Part shown: positions 9,880-17,715 of the stretch, piece after piece | Numbering within the stretch: position 1 is the first letter of the stretch | Layout of the letters: the number at the start of each line of letters is the position of its first letter | NCBI RefSeq assembly: GCF_921293875.1 | Contig: NZ_CAKLDI010000001.1 | Location: 626,475-650,474, forward strand | DNA length: 24,000 nucleotides | From: Vibrio stylophorae | GTDB lineage: Bacteria; Pseudomonadota; Gammaproteobacteria; Enterobacterales; Vibrionaceae | Direction of reading: 5' to 3' | The notes under the pieces: generated by a model | Told to the model about the DNA's origin: nothing | The model's input: only the letters and a program-made list of their open reading frames with translations | The model's database searches: none | Program-made: the position numbers and the translations under genes

Positions 9880-9899
9880 GAGGCCACCAGTGTGGCCTC
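9880..9899 (-). terminator. Hairpin (terminator or attenuator) directly after ptsA
   Basis: gaggccac / gtggcctc forms an 8-bp stem with a 4-nt loop. On the minus strand it begins 6 nt after the ptsA stop and is followed by tattttat. The next gene's ATG (9860) lies only 19 nt beyond it, so read-through is probably needed. Confidence 0.55.
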
Positions 9900-9905
9900 A
9901 TTGTG

Positions 9906-12407
9906 TTAGATGATCTCAAGCTCTGCCTTTAGTATGGCTTCAATTTGGTGTGCTGATTCAGCATTCATCAAATGATCGCGAAATTCTGCGTGCATGATCT
10001 TACGTGCAAGGCGAGAAAATATCTTCATATGCTGGTCACCTGCGGCATGTTTGTTGAGGGTGAGCATGATCACAAATCTAGCTTCTTCATCGCCCCATTG
10101 AATCGGTTTAGCAAGACGGCAGACACTAATGGCTGATTGCTCAATATGTTCACTTTTGGTGTGTGGAATGGCAAAACCAAAGCCAAGACCGGTGGAGAAC
10201 ACGTCCTCACGAGCCCATAAATCATCGGCCAGTTTATTGGGATAGCGACAACGACCCGTTAAGTACAAGTTATCAGCTAGGGTTTTAATGACTTCCTCTT
10301 TGCTGCGCAAATCGCGATCTAAGCTAATGCAGTCAGCTGCAACCAGTGGCGCATCGGATTGGGTCATTCGGAACTGGGCCAGCAAATGTTCTACTTCAAG
10401 TGCGGTACGGCATTGCATCGCTTTGTTGAGCAGTTGGCGACATTCACGACTATCCAAACGGGCAATACGCTCTTTGGTTGCTGGAATGCTTGGCGCGCTC
10501 ATACTGATCTCATCCAAACCTAGACCAAGCAGTAGCGGTAATACTGAACCCTTGGCACCCAATTCACCACATAAACCAATCCATTTGCCATGGCGATGCA
10601 CTTCATTGACGACATGGTCCAAGGTGCGCAGAAAAGCAGGGTTCAAGCTGTTGTAGTTTTTGAGGACTTTGGCATTGTCACGATCCACCGCCATCAAGTA
10701 TTGGGTGAGGTCATTGGAGCCAATAGAGAAAAAGTCCACTTCTTCACAACATTGATCAATGATAAAGGCCACGGATGGTACTTCTAGCATGATCCCAAGC
10801 GGAATTTTTTCATCAAATGGAATATGTTCGCTGCGTAGCTCTTGACGAATTTCAGCCAATACATCCTTGACCCATAAAATCTCTTCCATAGAGGAGATCA
10901 TCGGAATCATGATCTTTAAGCGACCGTGGGCAGACGCACGAAGAATGGCTCGCAGTTGTGTTTTCACCATGGGTAAAAACTCTTGGTAGATGCGAATGGC
11001 GCGATAACCTAGGAATGGATTATTTTCTGCTGGAATATTGAGGTAATCCACTGGTTTGTCGCCACCAATATCGATGGTACGAATAATAATGGATTTGCCG
11101 TTTGCCGCTTCGATTGCTTGGCAGAAAATATTGTAGAGCTCATCCTCTTCTGGTGCATTGCTGCGATCCATATAGAGCATTTCGGTGCGAAATAGGCCAA
11201 TGGCCTCGGCGCCGTTGGTAAAAGCTGAGTCCGCTTCAACTGAGTGTGCAATGTTAGCTGCCACTTCTAGTTTTTTCCCATCTTGACTACAACCAGGCTC
11301 AAATCGATAAGCTTCTTGGCGTTTAGCAACTTGTTCGGCGACAAAACTTTCTTGTTGATAGTAACGCGAAAGCGGTTCGCTTATTTCGGTGGCGACAAAG
11401 CCAAGGGAACCGTCAATCAGAACCTCTTGATTAAGATAGGCTTGTAAGCTGTTGCCATCAATGCCCACCAACGTTGGAATAGCAAAGGAGCGCGCTAAGA
11501 TGACGGTGTGTGAGGTGCTACCGCCATGAGTCAGCAGCAATCCCTTGAGTTTGGATTTATCTAATTCAAGAAATTGGCTCGGGGTGAGGTCATCCGCCAT
11601 ACAGATGGAGGGGCCTGTCAGCTCGAGTTGGCTGGCAAAGCGCTGTTCGCCATAAATGGCTTGCAGGAGTTGGAAGCAGACATCGCGAATATCTAATTCA
11701 CGTTCACGTAGGTAAGTACTGGATGAATTTTTCATCATCTCGCCATAGTGTTTGGCGGTGGCGATAACCGCATCAGCGCAGCTTTTCCCGATGCTCAATT
11801 TACTGGCTAAGGTGCTGTTAAATTCACGGTCGGTAGCAATCGAAAGGTGGGCATTGAGCACCTCAAATTCGGTGTGCGTAGCTGCTTTGAGCTGAATATT
11901 AATGCTGGTCTTTAACGTCTCAAGTCCCTGCTTGAGTCGATCCTGTTCTTCATCCTGTGTGGTCGCAGCAATGCTTTCAATATTGTCAAAATTAATGGCA
12001 CCAATGTGCAACAGTTGGCCTTGACCAAACCCAGCAGAGACGGCACGGCCACGAATGAGTTTTGGATTTAAGTTAGCGAGATTACGTGGTAGGGCAAGAT
12101 GTTCATCCTCTTGTTCCGTGGTTTCAAGGGGGGCGTCACATGCAGGTAGATCTTTTTCAATAAATTCGCGAAGTGCAGCAAAGGCGGTTTCTTCATCATG
12201 ACCGTCAATGGTTAATTGACACGGGTCATCAAGTAGGGTGTCGGTACCAATTAAAGAGAGCACGCTTTTAGCATTGGCGCTGAGTTTGGTTCGGCCATTG
12301 GTCCAGATGATTTCAGAATCAAAACGGTTACACACGGCTTCAATATGGCTGGCTGGGCGAGCGTGGATGCCATTGGGTAGTTCACAACGAAAGGATAAAG
12401 TTTTCAT
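9906..12407 (-). CDS. ptsA: Multiphosphoryl transfer protein: fused HPr - Enzyme I - EIIA(fructose/mannitol type)
   Basis: The N-terminal HPr-like domain carries NGIHARPASHI. The EI core carries GGSTSHTVILARSFAIPTLVG (phospho-His), NPFLGYRAIR and FFSIGSNDLTQYLMAVDRDN. The C-terminal EIIA type-2 domain carries GFGFAIPHTKSEHI. The domain order and ~830-aa size match my recollection of E. coli PtsA (FrwA). AAGGA lies 9 nt upstream of the ATG. Confidence 0.92.
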   Translation of the reverse strand: MKTLSFRCELPNGIHARPASHIEAVCNRFDSEIIWTNGRTKLSANAKSVLSLIGTDTLLDDPCQLTIDGHDEETAFAALREFIEKDLPACDAPLETTEQEDEHLALPRNLANLNPKLIRGRAVSAGFGQGQLLHIGAINFDNIESIAATTQDEEQDRLKQGLETLKTSINIQLKAATHTEFEVLNAHLSIATDREFNSTLASKLSIGKSCADAVIATAKHYGEMMKNSSSTYLRERELDIRDVCFQLLQAIYGEQRFASQLELTGPSICMADDLTPSQFLELDKSKLKGLLLTHGGSTSHTVILARSFAIPTLVGIDGNSLQAYLNQEVLIDGSLGFVATEISEPLSRYYQQESFVAEQVAKRQEAYRFEPGCSQDGKKLEVAANIAHSVEADSAFTNGAEAIGLFRTEMLYMDRSNAPEEDELYNIFCQAIEAANGKSIIIRTIDIGGDKPVDYLNIPAENNPFLGYRAIRIYQEFLPMVKTQLRAILRASAHGRLKIMIPMISSMEEILWVKDVLAEIRQELRSEHIPFDEKIPLGIMLEVPSVAFIIDQCCEEVDFFSIGSNDLTQYLMAVDRDNAKVLKNYNSLNPAFLRTLDHVVNEVHRHGKWIGLCGELGAKGSVLPLLLGLGLDEISMSAPSIPATKERIARLDSRECRQLLNKAMQCRTALEVEHLLAQFRMTQSDAPLVAADCISLDRDLRSKEEVIKTLADNLYLTGRCRYPNKLADDLWAREDVFSTGLGFGFAIPHTKSEHIEQSAISVCRLAKPIQWGDEEARFVIMLTLNKHAAGDQHMKIFSRLARKIMHAEFRDHLMNAESAHQIEAILKAELEII

Positions 12408-12432
12408 CTCAGCATGTCCTTGAATTTAATTT

Positions 12433-12458
12433 TTTGAGGGCTGAATCATTACCTCAAA
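12433..12458. promoter_or_regulatory. Inverted repeat in the ptsA 5' region (candidate operator or 5'-UTR hairpin)
   Basis: tttgagg (12433..12439) and cctcaaa (12452..12458) are exact reverse complements separated by 12 nt. The spacer region gctgaatcattacc (12440..12453) is a near match to the Cra/FruR consensus as I remember it (RSTGAAWCSNTHHW). Confidence 0.3.
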
Positions 12459-12533
12459 CAATATCAAATTCGTCTGTCCATGCTATGGGATAAAAAATCG
12501 AAACACTGGATATTTGTTATATTTTGGGTTTTG

Positions 12534-12549
12534 TGTGAGTGCGCTCAAA
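12534..12549. promoter_or_regulatory. CRP-like site in the divergent ptsA / frwC control region
   Basis: TGTGA-gtgcgc-TCAAA compared with the consensus TGTGA-N6-TCACA gives 9 of 10 half-site positions. Confidence 0.35.
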
Positions 12550-12771
12550 AATACTGCTTTAAATGTGACTCTGAGCATGTTTTTCATTGTTGGTTGATAT
12601 GGGGTTGTTTTGTAATACATTGATTTAATTTGTTTTATGTCGATTTATTCACGTTTATTTATCTATTGGTTAAAAAGTGTGGTGTGGATCTGCTTTTTAG
12701 TTGGTTCATACAAAAATCCAGTTAAAAGTAGTTTTATCCTCTATTTGATTAGCATATTTACTCACTATATT

Positions 12772-12817
12772 AGCTGCATCAGAACGCAGTTAGAAACTGC
12801 GCACTGGCTGTTTTTTT
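12772..12817 (+). terminator. Leader hairpin plus T7 run about 55 nt upstream of frwC (candidate attenuator)
   Basis: The core stem is cgcagtt (12785..12791) / aactgcg (12795..12801). It can be extended by cag/ctg and agc/gct pairs, and is followed immediately by ttttttt (12811..12817). Confidence 0.35.
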
Positions 12818-12872
12818 ACTTTATCAACCAAGTTCAAAAATAACGCTTACTTACCCTGAAGGAGAAGTCACC

Positions 12873-13943
12873 ATGAATGACTTGATCTCAATACTCAAAA
12901 ATACAAGACAACACTTGATGACTGGTGTGTCACATATGATTCCGTTCGTCGTTGCGGGGGGTATTTTGCTTGCCACATCGGTGATGCTTTCCGGTAAGGG
13001 CGCTGTCCCTGCAGAGGGCTCATGGCTCCATGATTTGTTCTTTATTGGGGTTGCAGGCTTTACCTTGATGGTACCTATTCTTGCTGCTTACATCGGTTAT
13101 TCCATTGCCGACCGTTCGGCACTTGCTCCTGCGGCCATTGGCGCGTTCATTGGCGCCAATATGTATAACACAGGTTTCTTTGGTGCCATTTTTGCTGGTT
13201 TGTTGGGCGGTATTGTCGTTTTTTACCTAAAGAAAATTAAAGTTCCATCCTTTGCCCGCTCTGTGATGCCTATTTTTGTGATTCCAATTATCGGTACTTT
13301 TATCACTGCAGGTGCCATGGTTTGGTTGATTGGTGAGCCGATTGGTGCCGCAACGGACGCTCTAACTGGCTTTTTGAGAGGCATGCAAGACTCAAGCATT
13401 GTGGTACTTGCAACTGTGATGGGTTTGATGATCGCCTTTGATATGGGTGGTCCGGTCAATAAAGTGGCCTATGCATTTGTGATTATGTGTGTAGGTGAAG
13501 GGATTTATAACGTTGCAGGTATCTCTGCGGTAGCTGTGGCTGTGCCTTCTGTCGGTATGGGCTTGGCGACCTTCTTGAATAAAAAACTGTATGACGTGAG
13601 TGAGCAAGAAGCGGGCCGCGCCTCAATTTTGATGGGCACCATGGGAATCACAGAAGGTGCAATTCCATTTGCCGCTGCCGATCCACTTCGCGTGATCCCA
13701 TCAATCATGATTGGTACAGCGGTGGGCTCTGTGACTGCGGCACTGCTCGGCGTGAAATGTTATGCCGCTTGGGGTGGTCTGATTGTCCTCCCTGTCGTTG
13801 AAGGGCGCTTTGGTTTCTTAATTGCATTGGCGGTTGGTTCAATCGTGACTGCGCTGCTAGTGAACCTATTGAAGTCGCGCCGTACTGTCATTGACACCAA
13901 TGCTGACTCAGATGATTTAGACATGGATATCTCCATTGGCTGA
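12873..13943 (+). CDS. frwC: PTS fructose-family EIIC permease
   Basis: The 356-aa polytopic membrane protein begins ...HLMTGVSHMIPFVVAGGILLA, typical of fructose-type EIIC. A strong AAGGAG Shine-Dalgarno precedes the start. Its position matches E. coli frwC. Confidence 0.9.
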   Translation: MNDLISILKNTRQHLMTGVSHMIPFVVAGGILLATSVMLSGKGAVPAEGSWLHDLFFIGVAGFTLMVPILAAYIGYSIADRSALAPAAIGAFIGANMYNTGFFGAIFAGLLGGIVVFYLKKIKVPSFARSVMPIFVIPIIGTFITAGAMVWLIGEPIGAATDALTGFLRGMQDSSIVVLATVMGLMIAFDMGGPVNKVAYAFVIMCVGEGIYNVAGISAVAVAVPSVGMGLATFLNKKLYDVSEQEAGRASILMGTMGITEGAIPFAAADPLRVIPSIMIGTAVGSVTAALLGVKCYAAWGGLIVLPVVEGRFGFLIALAVGSIVTALLVNLLKSRRTVIDTNADSDDLDMDISIG

Positions 13944-14005
13944 TGGATAGCCACACCGTTACTTACGAATACATTGAATTTGAATTGCAAATAGAGGAAT
14001 TCGCT

Positions 14006-14326
14006 ATGACTAGCATTATCGCAGTAACCGCATGTCCATCAGGCGTAGCGCACACATATATGGCTGCCGAGGCCATTGAATCAGCAGCAAAAGCAAAAGG
14101 CTGGAGTTGCATGGTTGAAACCCAAGGGTCAATCGGTATTGAAAATGAGTTAAGTGCCGAGGTGATTGCCAGCGCAGATGTGGTGATTCTGACTAAAGAC
14201 ATCGACATCAAAAACACCGAGCGTTTTGAAGGTAAAACTATTATCCGCATCGGCATCAGTGACGCGGTAAAACGCGCGGCGTTGGTGATGGATAAGATTG
14301 AGGCACACCTCGCTTCAGTCGCCTAA
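14006..14326 (+). CDS. frwB: PTS fructose-family EIIB
   Basis: MTSIIAVTACPSGVAHTYMAAEAIE carries the phospho-Cys motif of EIIB(Fru). GAGGA lies upstream of ATG 14006. The tracked ORF start at 13943 adds an unlikely 21-aa extension. The product is 106 aa. Confidence 0.88.
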   Translation: MTSIIAVTACPSGVAHTYMAAEAIESAAKAKGWSCMVETQGSIGIENELSAEVIASADVVILTKDIDIKNTERFEGKTIIRIGISDAVKRAALVMDKIEAHLASVA

Positions 14327-14335
14327 TGAGTATGG

Positions 14336-14370
14336 CCAGCATCTGTGTTGTCGCCACTCACAGATGCTGG
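14336..14370 (+). other. 12-bp-stem hairpin between frwB and the GRE gene
   Basis: ccagcatctgtg (14336..14347) is the exact reverse complement of cacagatgctgg (14359..14370), with an 11-nt loop. No clear U-run follows (ttgatggg). Confidence 0.5.
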
Positions 14371-14547
14371 TTGATGGGTTCCTGGCACCCAGATGAATGA
14401 CTAGCCAGGATCACTTGCCCTGCATTGTGACCTGATGTGATTGCCACGCAGCGAGACACAATATCAGTGCAGCGCAAGTCATTCTTAAATCAGTGCTTAT
14501 CGCACATTAACAATAATAAATCAGCCTGAATCAAGATGGAGTCAATC

Positions 14548-16848
14548 ATGAGTACCCCTCGCATCGAACGACTAAAAACGGCACTGTTTGCTGATGGCCG
14601 TGAAATTTCTCTAGAGCGCGCGCTGCTCTATACCGAAAGCCATCAACAAACTGAAGGTGAACATACCCTGATTCGTCGCGCTAAAGCGACGGCGCATGTG
14701 ATGGACAGGGTTGCCATTGCTATTCGTGATGACGAGTTGATCGCAGGGAATCGCACGGTGAAACCGCGAGCGGGGATCATCTCACCAGAGATGGATCCTT
14801 ACTGGATTGCAAAAGAGCTGGATATTTTCGCAACTCGACCACAAGACCGTTTCACCATCAGCGACGAGGACAAGGCTGTTTATCGTGAGCAGCTGTTGCC
14901 GTATTGGACGGCGCGCTCGATGAAAGACTTTATCAATGGTCAAATGCCTGAAAACGTGAAAGAAGCGGCAGGGCAAAAAATATTTTCGGTTAATCAAACC
15001 GATAAAGGCCAAGGGCATATTATTATCGATTTTGAACGATTGTTGGGGCGGGGTTTGGGCGCGTTGCGTCAAGAGATGCAGCGTTTGAGTTGCGAGCAAC
15101 CTGACAATGAATTTTTCCAAGCGGTGCTGATTTTACTGGATGCCTCAGTGCGCCATATTCAGCGTTATGAAGCGCTGGCCCGCGACATGGCGGCCGCCTG
15201 CGCAGATAGTACCCGCGCCGCTGAGTTGACGCGTATTGCGGATATTTCGTCGCATATTGCTGAGCACAAACCGCAAGACTTCTACCAAGCCTGCCAGCTG
15301 TTTTGGTACATGAACATCATTTTGCAATATGAGTCTAACGCTAGCTCTTTGTCTTTGGGGCGTTTTGACCAATATATGATGCCTTTTTACCAAGCCTCAT
15401 TGGCGCAAGGGGAAAGCCCAGCTGCGCTCAAAGAGTTACTAGAAAGCTTATGGGTGAAAACCAATGACATCGTGCTGCTGCGCTCTTCTTCTAGCGCCAA
15501 GTTCTTTGCTGGTTTCCCAACGGGTTACACCATTTTGCTTGGCGGCTTGACGGACAATGGCCGTAGTGCGGTGAATCCATTGTCGACCTTATGTTTAGAT
15601 GCCTATCAAAGTATTCAGCTGCCACAACCCAATCTTGGCGTGCGGGTGAATGAGTTCATTGATCGCGAGTTCTTAATGAAAACTGCCGAAACCATTCGTT
15701 TGGGTACGGGGATCCCGCAAATTTTCAATGACGAAGTGGTGGTTCCCGCCTTTTTAAATCGCGGCGTGAGTCTTGAAGATGCGCGTGATTACTCTGTGGT
15801 GGGGTGTGTTGAACTATCGATTCCGGGTAAAACCTACGGTTTGCATGATATTGCAATGTTTAACTTGTTGAAGGTGATGGAGTTGGTGTTGCTGCGTAAT
15901 AAGAACAACCCCGATGTAACCTTTGAAAGTTTGCTCCAAGAGATCCGCAGCGATATTTGTCACTACGTTAAGCTGATGGTGGAAGGCTCTAATATTTGTG
16001 ATGTTGGCCATCGTGATTGGGCTCCAGTGCCGCTGCTGTCGTCGTTGATTAGCGATTGCGTGAAAAATGGCAAAGATATTACCGATGGTGGCGCCCGTTA
16101 TAACTTTTCGGGCGTACAAGGGATTGGCATTGCCAATCTGTCTGACTCACTTCACGCTCTGAAACGCTTTGTCTTTGAAGAAAAACGGATGACTTTTGCT
16201 GAGTTGATTGCGGTTCTGGAAAGCAATTTTAGTGGTGAAGACCACGATAAAGTGCGTGCACGCTTAATCAATCGTTATGAAAAATATGGTAACGATATTG
16301 ATGAAGTGGATGTGCTTGGCAGCGATCTACTGCGTCTCTTTTGTAAAGAGGTAGAAATCTACCAAAATCCGCGTGGCGGCGTATTTACTCCAGGATCTTA
16401 TACCGTGTCTGCACACGTACCTCTGGGCGCTGTGGTTGGTGCTACACCAGATGGGCGTCATGCCGGGGAGCAGCTTGCCGATGGCGGTTTATCGCCGATG
16501 GTTGGAAAGGATCAACAAGGGCCGACAGCAGTACTGAAATCGGTGAGTAAGCTGGATAACTACCTACTTTCTAATGGTAGTTTGTTGAACGTAAAATTTA
16601 CCCCATCGACCCTTGAGGGGCCGCAGGGACTAACCAAGCTGGGAGACTTTCTTCGCGCCTTTATGAAGCTCAAATTGCAGCATGTACAGTTTAATGTGCT
16701 CAATGCTGAAACTCTGAAAAAAGCGCAGGAAAAACCAGAGGACTACGCCGGCCTTGTCGTCCGTGTGGCGGGTTACAGCGCCTTCTTTGTTGAGCTTTCT
16801 AAAGAGATTCAGGACGACATTATTCACCGCACGGCGCATCAGCTGTAA
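14548..16848 (+). CDS. pflD: Glycyl radical enzyme, PflD-type (eliminase/lyase class, not a true pyruvate formate-lyase)
   Basis: The C-terminal glycyl-radical motif is VVRVAGYSAFFVEL (Gly codon 16771..16773). The thiyl loop is VVGCVELSIPG, a single Cys with Glu two residues later, as in the dehydratase/lyase GREs, rather than the CC pair of PFL. The size, the N-terminus RIERLKTALF and the activase immediately downstream match E. coli PflD as I recall it. GGAG lies 6 nt before ATG 14548. Confidence 0.92.
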   Translation: MSTPRIERLKTALFADGREISLERALLYTESHQQTEGEHTLIRRAKATAHVMDRVAIAIRDDELIAGNRTVKPRAGIISPEMDPYWIAKELDIFATRPQDRFTISDEDKAVYREQLLPYWTARSMKDFINGQMPENVKEAAGQKIFSVNQTDKGQGHIIIDFERLLGRGLGALRQEMQRLSCEQPDNEFFQAVLILLDASVRHIQRYEALARDMAAACADSTRAAELTRIADISSHIAEHKPQDFYQACQLFWYMNIILQYESNASSLSLGRFDQYMMPFYQASLAQGESPAALKELLESLWVKTNDIVLLRSSSSAKFFAGFPTGYTILLGGLTDNGRSAVNPLSTLCLDAYQSIQLPQPNLGVRVNEFIDREFLMKTAETIRLGTGIPQIFNDEVVVPAFLNRGVSLEDARDYSVVGCVELSIPGKTYGLHDIAMFNLLKVMELVLLRNKNNPDVTFESLLQEIRSDICHYVKLMVEGSNICDVGHRDWAPVPLLSSLISDCVKNGKDITDGGARYNFSGVQGIGIANLSDSLHALKRFVFEEKRMTFAELIAVLESNFSGEDHDKVRARLINRYEKYGNDIDEVDVLGSDLLRLFCKEVEIYQNPRGGVFTPGSYTVSAHVPLGAVVGATPDGRHAGEQLADGGLSPMVGKDQQGPTAVLKSVSKLDNYLLSNGSLLNVKFTPSTLEGPQGLTKLGDFLRAFMKLKLQHVQFNVLNAETLKKAQEKPEDYAGLVVRVAGYSAFFVELSKEIQDDIIHRTAHQL

Positions 16849-16856
16849 GGAATAGC

Positions 16857-17714
16857 ATGATGTGTGATGGTCAAACTGAGGCATTTGGGCGCATTTTTAA
16901 CATTCAGCGCTACTCACTGAATGATGGCGAGGGAATTCGCACTGTGGTGTTTTTCAAGGGCTGCCCATTGCGCTGCCCTTGGTGCGCTAATCCTGAATCC
17001 CGCTCTTTGCATCAGGTACATGTGCGTCGTTTGTCGAAATGTTTGCACTGTGATGTTTGCCAAGAGGATGTTGTGGAGTGCCCGAGTGGCGCTTATGAGC
17101 AAGTTGGTCAAGATATGACGCTGGCTGAAGTGCTTACTGAAATTGCCAAAGATGACTTGTTTTACCAAACCTCTGGCGGCGGGGTGACGTTATCAGGCGG
17201 TGAAGTACTTAGCCAAGCGCCTTTTGCCATTGTCCTGCTCGAAGCATTAAAAGCACGTGGTTATCGCACCGCGATTGAAACGTCGGGCCATGGTAACGCT
17301 CAGCAGCTGCTACAAATTGGTGCACTGTGCGATGAAGTGCTGTTTGATTTCAAAATAATGGATGCGGCGCGCGCCAAAACTGTGATTGGCTCGAATGTCG
17401 AACGGATACTCGAGAACTTTCAAAGCTTGATGGCGCAAAGTAAAACCACAGGCACCAAGGTGATCCCCCGATTACCGCTGATTCCGGGGTATACCTTAGA
17501 TATCGTCAATGTCGATAAGGTGCTGAATTTTCTTTGTCCCTTTGCACTTGACCAGATTCATTTACTGCCATTTCACCAATTTGGTGCCAGCAAATATGAG
17601 CTGTTGGGAATGGCATACCAACTTAAAGATGTCGATGTGCCAACCCATGCCGAGGTCAATGCGATTCGCGCACATGTTGAAGCACAGGGCTACACAGTCA
17701 CAATTGGAGGCTAA
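16857..17714 (+). CDS. pflC: Glycyl-radical enzyme activating enzyme (radical SAM)
   Basis: It has the CPLRCPWC (CX3CX2C) radical-SAM cluster motif and the GGVTLSGGE SAM-binding motif. A 4-Cys insert (CLHCDVCQEDVVEC) follows the first cluster. It starts 8 nt after the GRE stop. Confidence 0.92.
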   Translation: MMCDGQTEAFGRIFNIQRYSLNDGEGIRTVVFFKGCPLRCPWCANPESRSLHQVHVRRLSKCLHCDVCQEDVVECPSGAYEQVGQDMTLAEVLTEIAKDDLFYQTSGGGVTLSGGEVLSQAPFAIVLLEALKARGYRTAIETSGHGNAQQLLQIGALCDEVLFDFKIMDAARAKTVIGSNVERILENFQSLMAQSKTTGTKVIPRLPLIPGYTLDIVNVDKVLNFLCPFALDQIHLLPFHQFGASKYELLGMAYQLKDVDVPTHAEVNAIRAHVEAQGYTVTIGG

Positions 17715-17715
17715 G

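Noticed and set aside
12637-12843. A 68-aa hydrophobic ORF in the ptsA/frwC intergenic region
   Set aside because: The region is AT-rich and produces Phe/Ile/Leu/Tyr-rich frames by chance. There is no Shine-Dalgarno, and the frame runs through the leader hairpin and T-run. It is better explained as regulatory DNA. Ribosome profiling could revive it.
12408-14547. FNR boxes expected for an anaerobic GRE operon
   Set aside because: I scanned both non-coding regions for TTGAT-N4-ATCAA and found only isolated half-sites (for example TTGAT at about 12593 and ATCAA at about 12824 and 14533) without a matching partner. This is not enough to call a site.
14548-16848. Calling the GRE a pyruvate formate-lyase involved in mixed-acid fermentation
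   Set aside because: The active-site loop has a single Cys (GCVE) rather than the PFL Cys-Cys pair. The gene is also embedded in a PTS/aldolase operon rather than next to focA/pflA-type genes.
17542-17715. A 58-aa N-terminal extension of the SDR ORF overlapping the 3' end of pflC
   Set aside because: The extension is just the out-of-frame translation of the pflC coding sequence. A GTG with a GGAGG Shine-Dalgarno at 17716 starts right at the conserved GxxGxxG fold. The tracked starts at 2032 (adaptor), 13943 (frwB), 9887 (oxidoreductase) and 20813 (AraC) were moved by the same logic.
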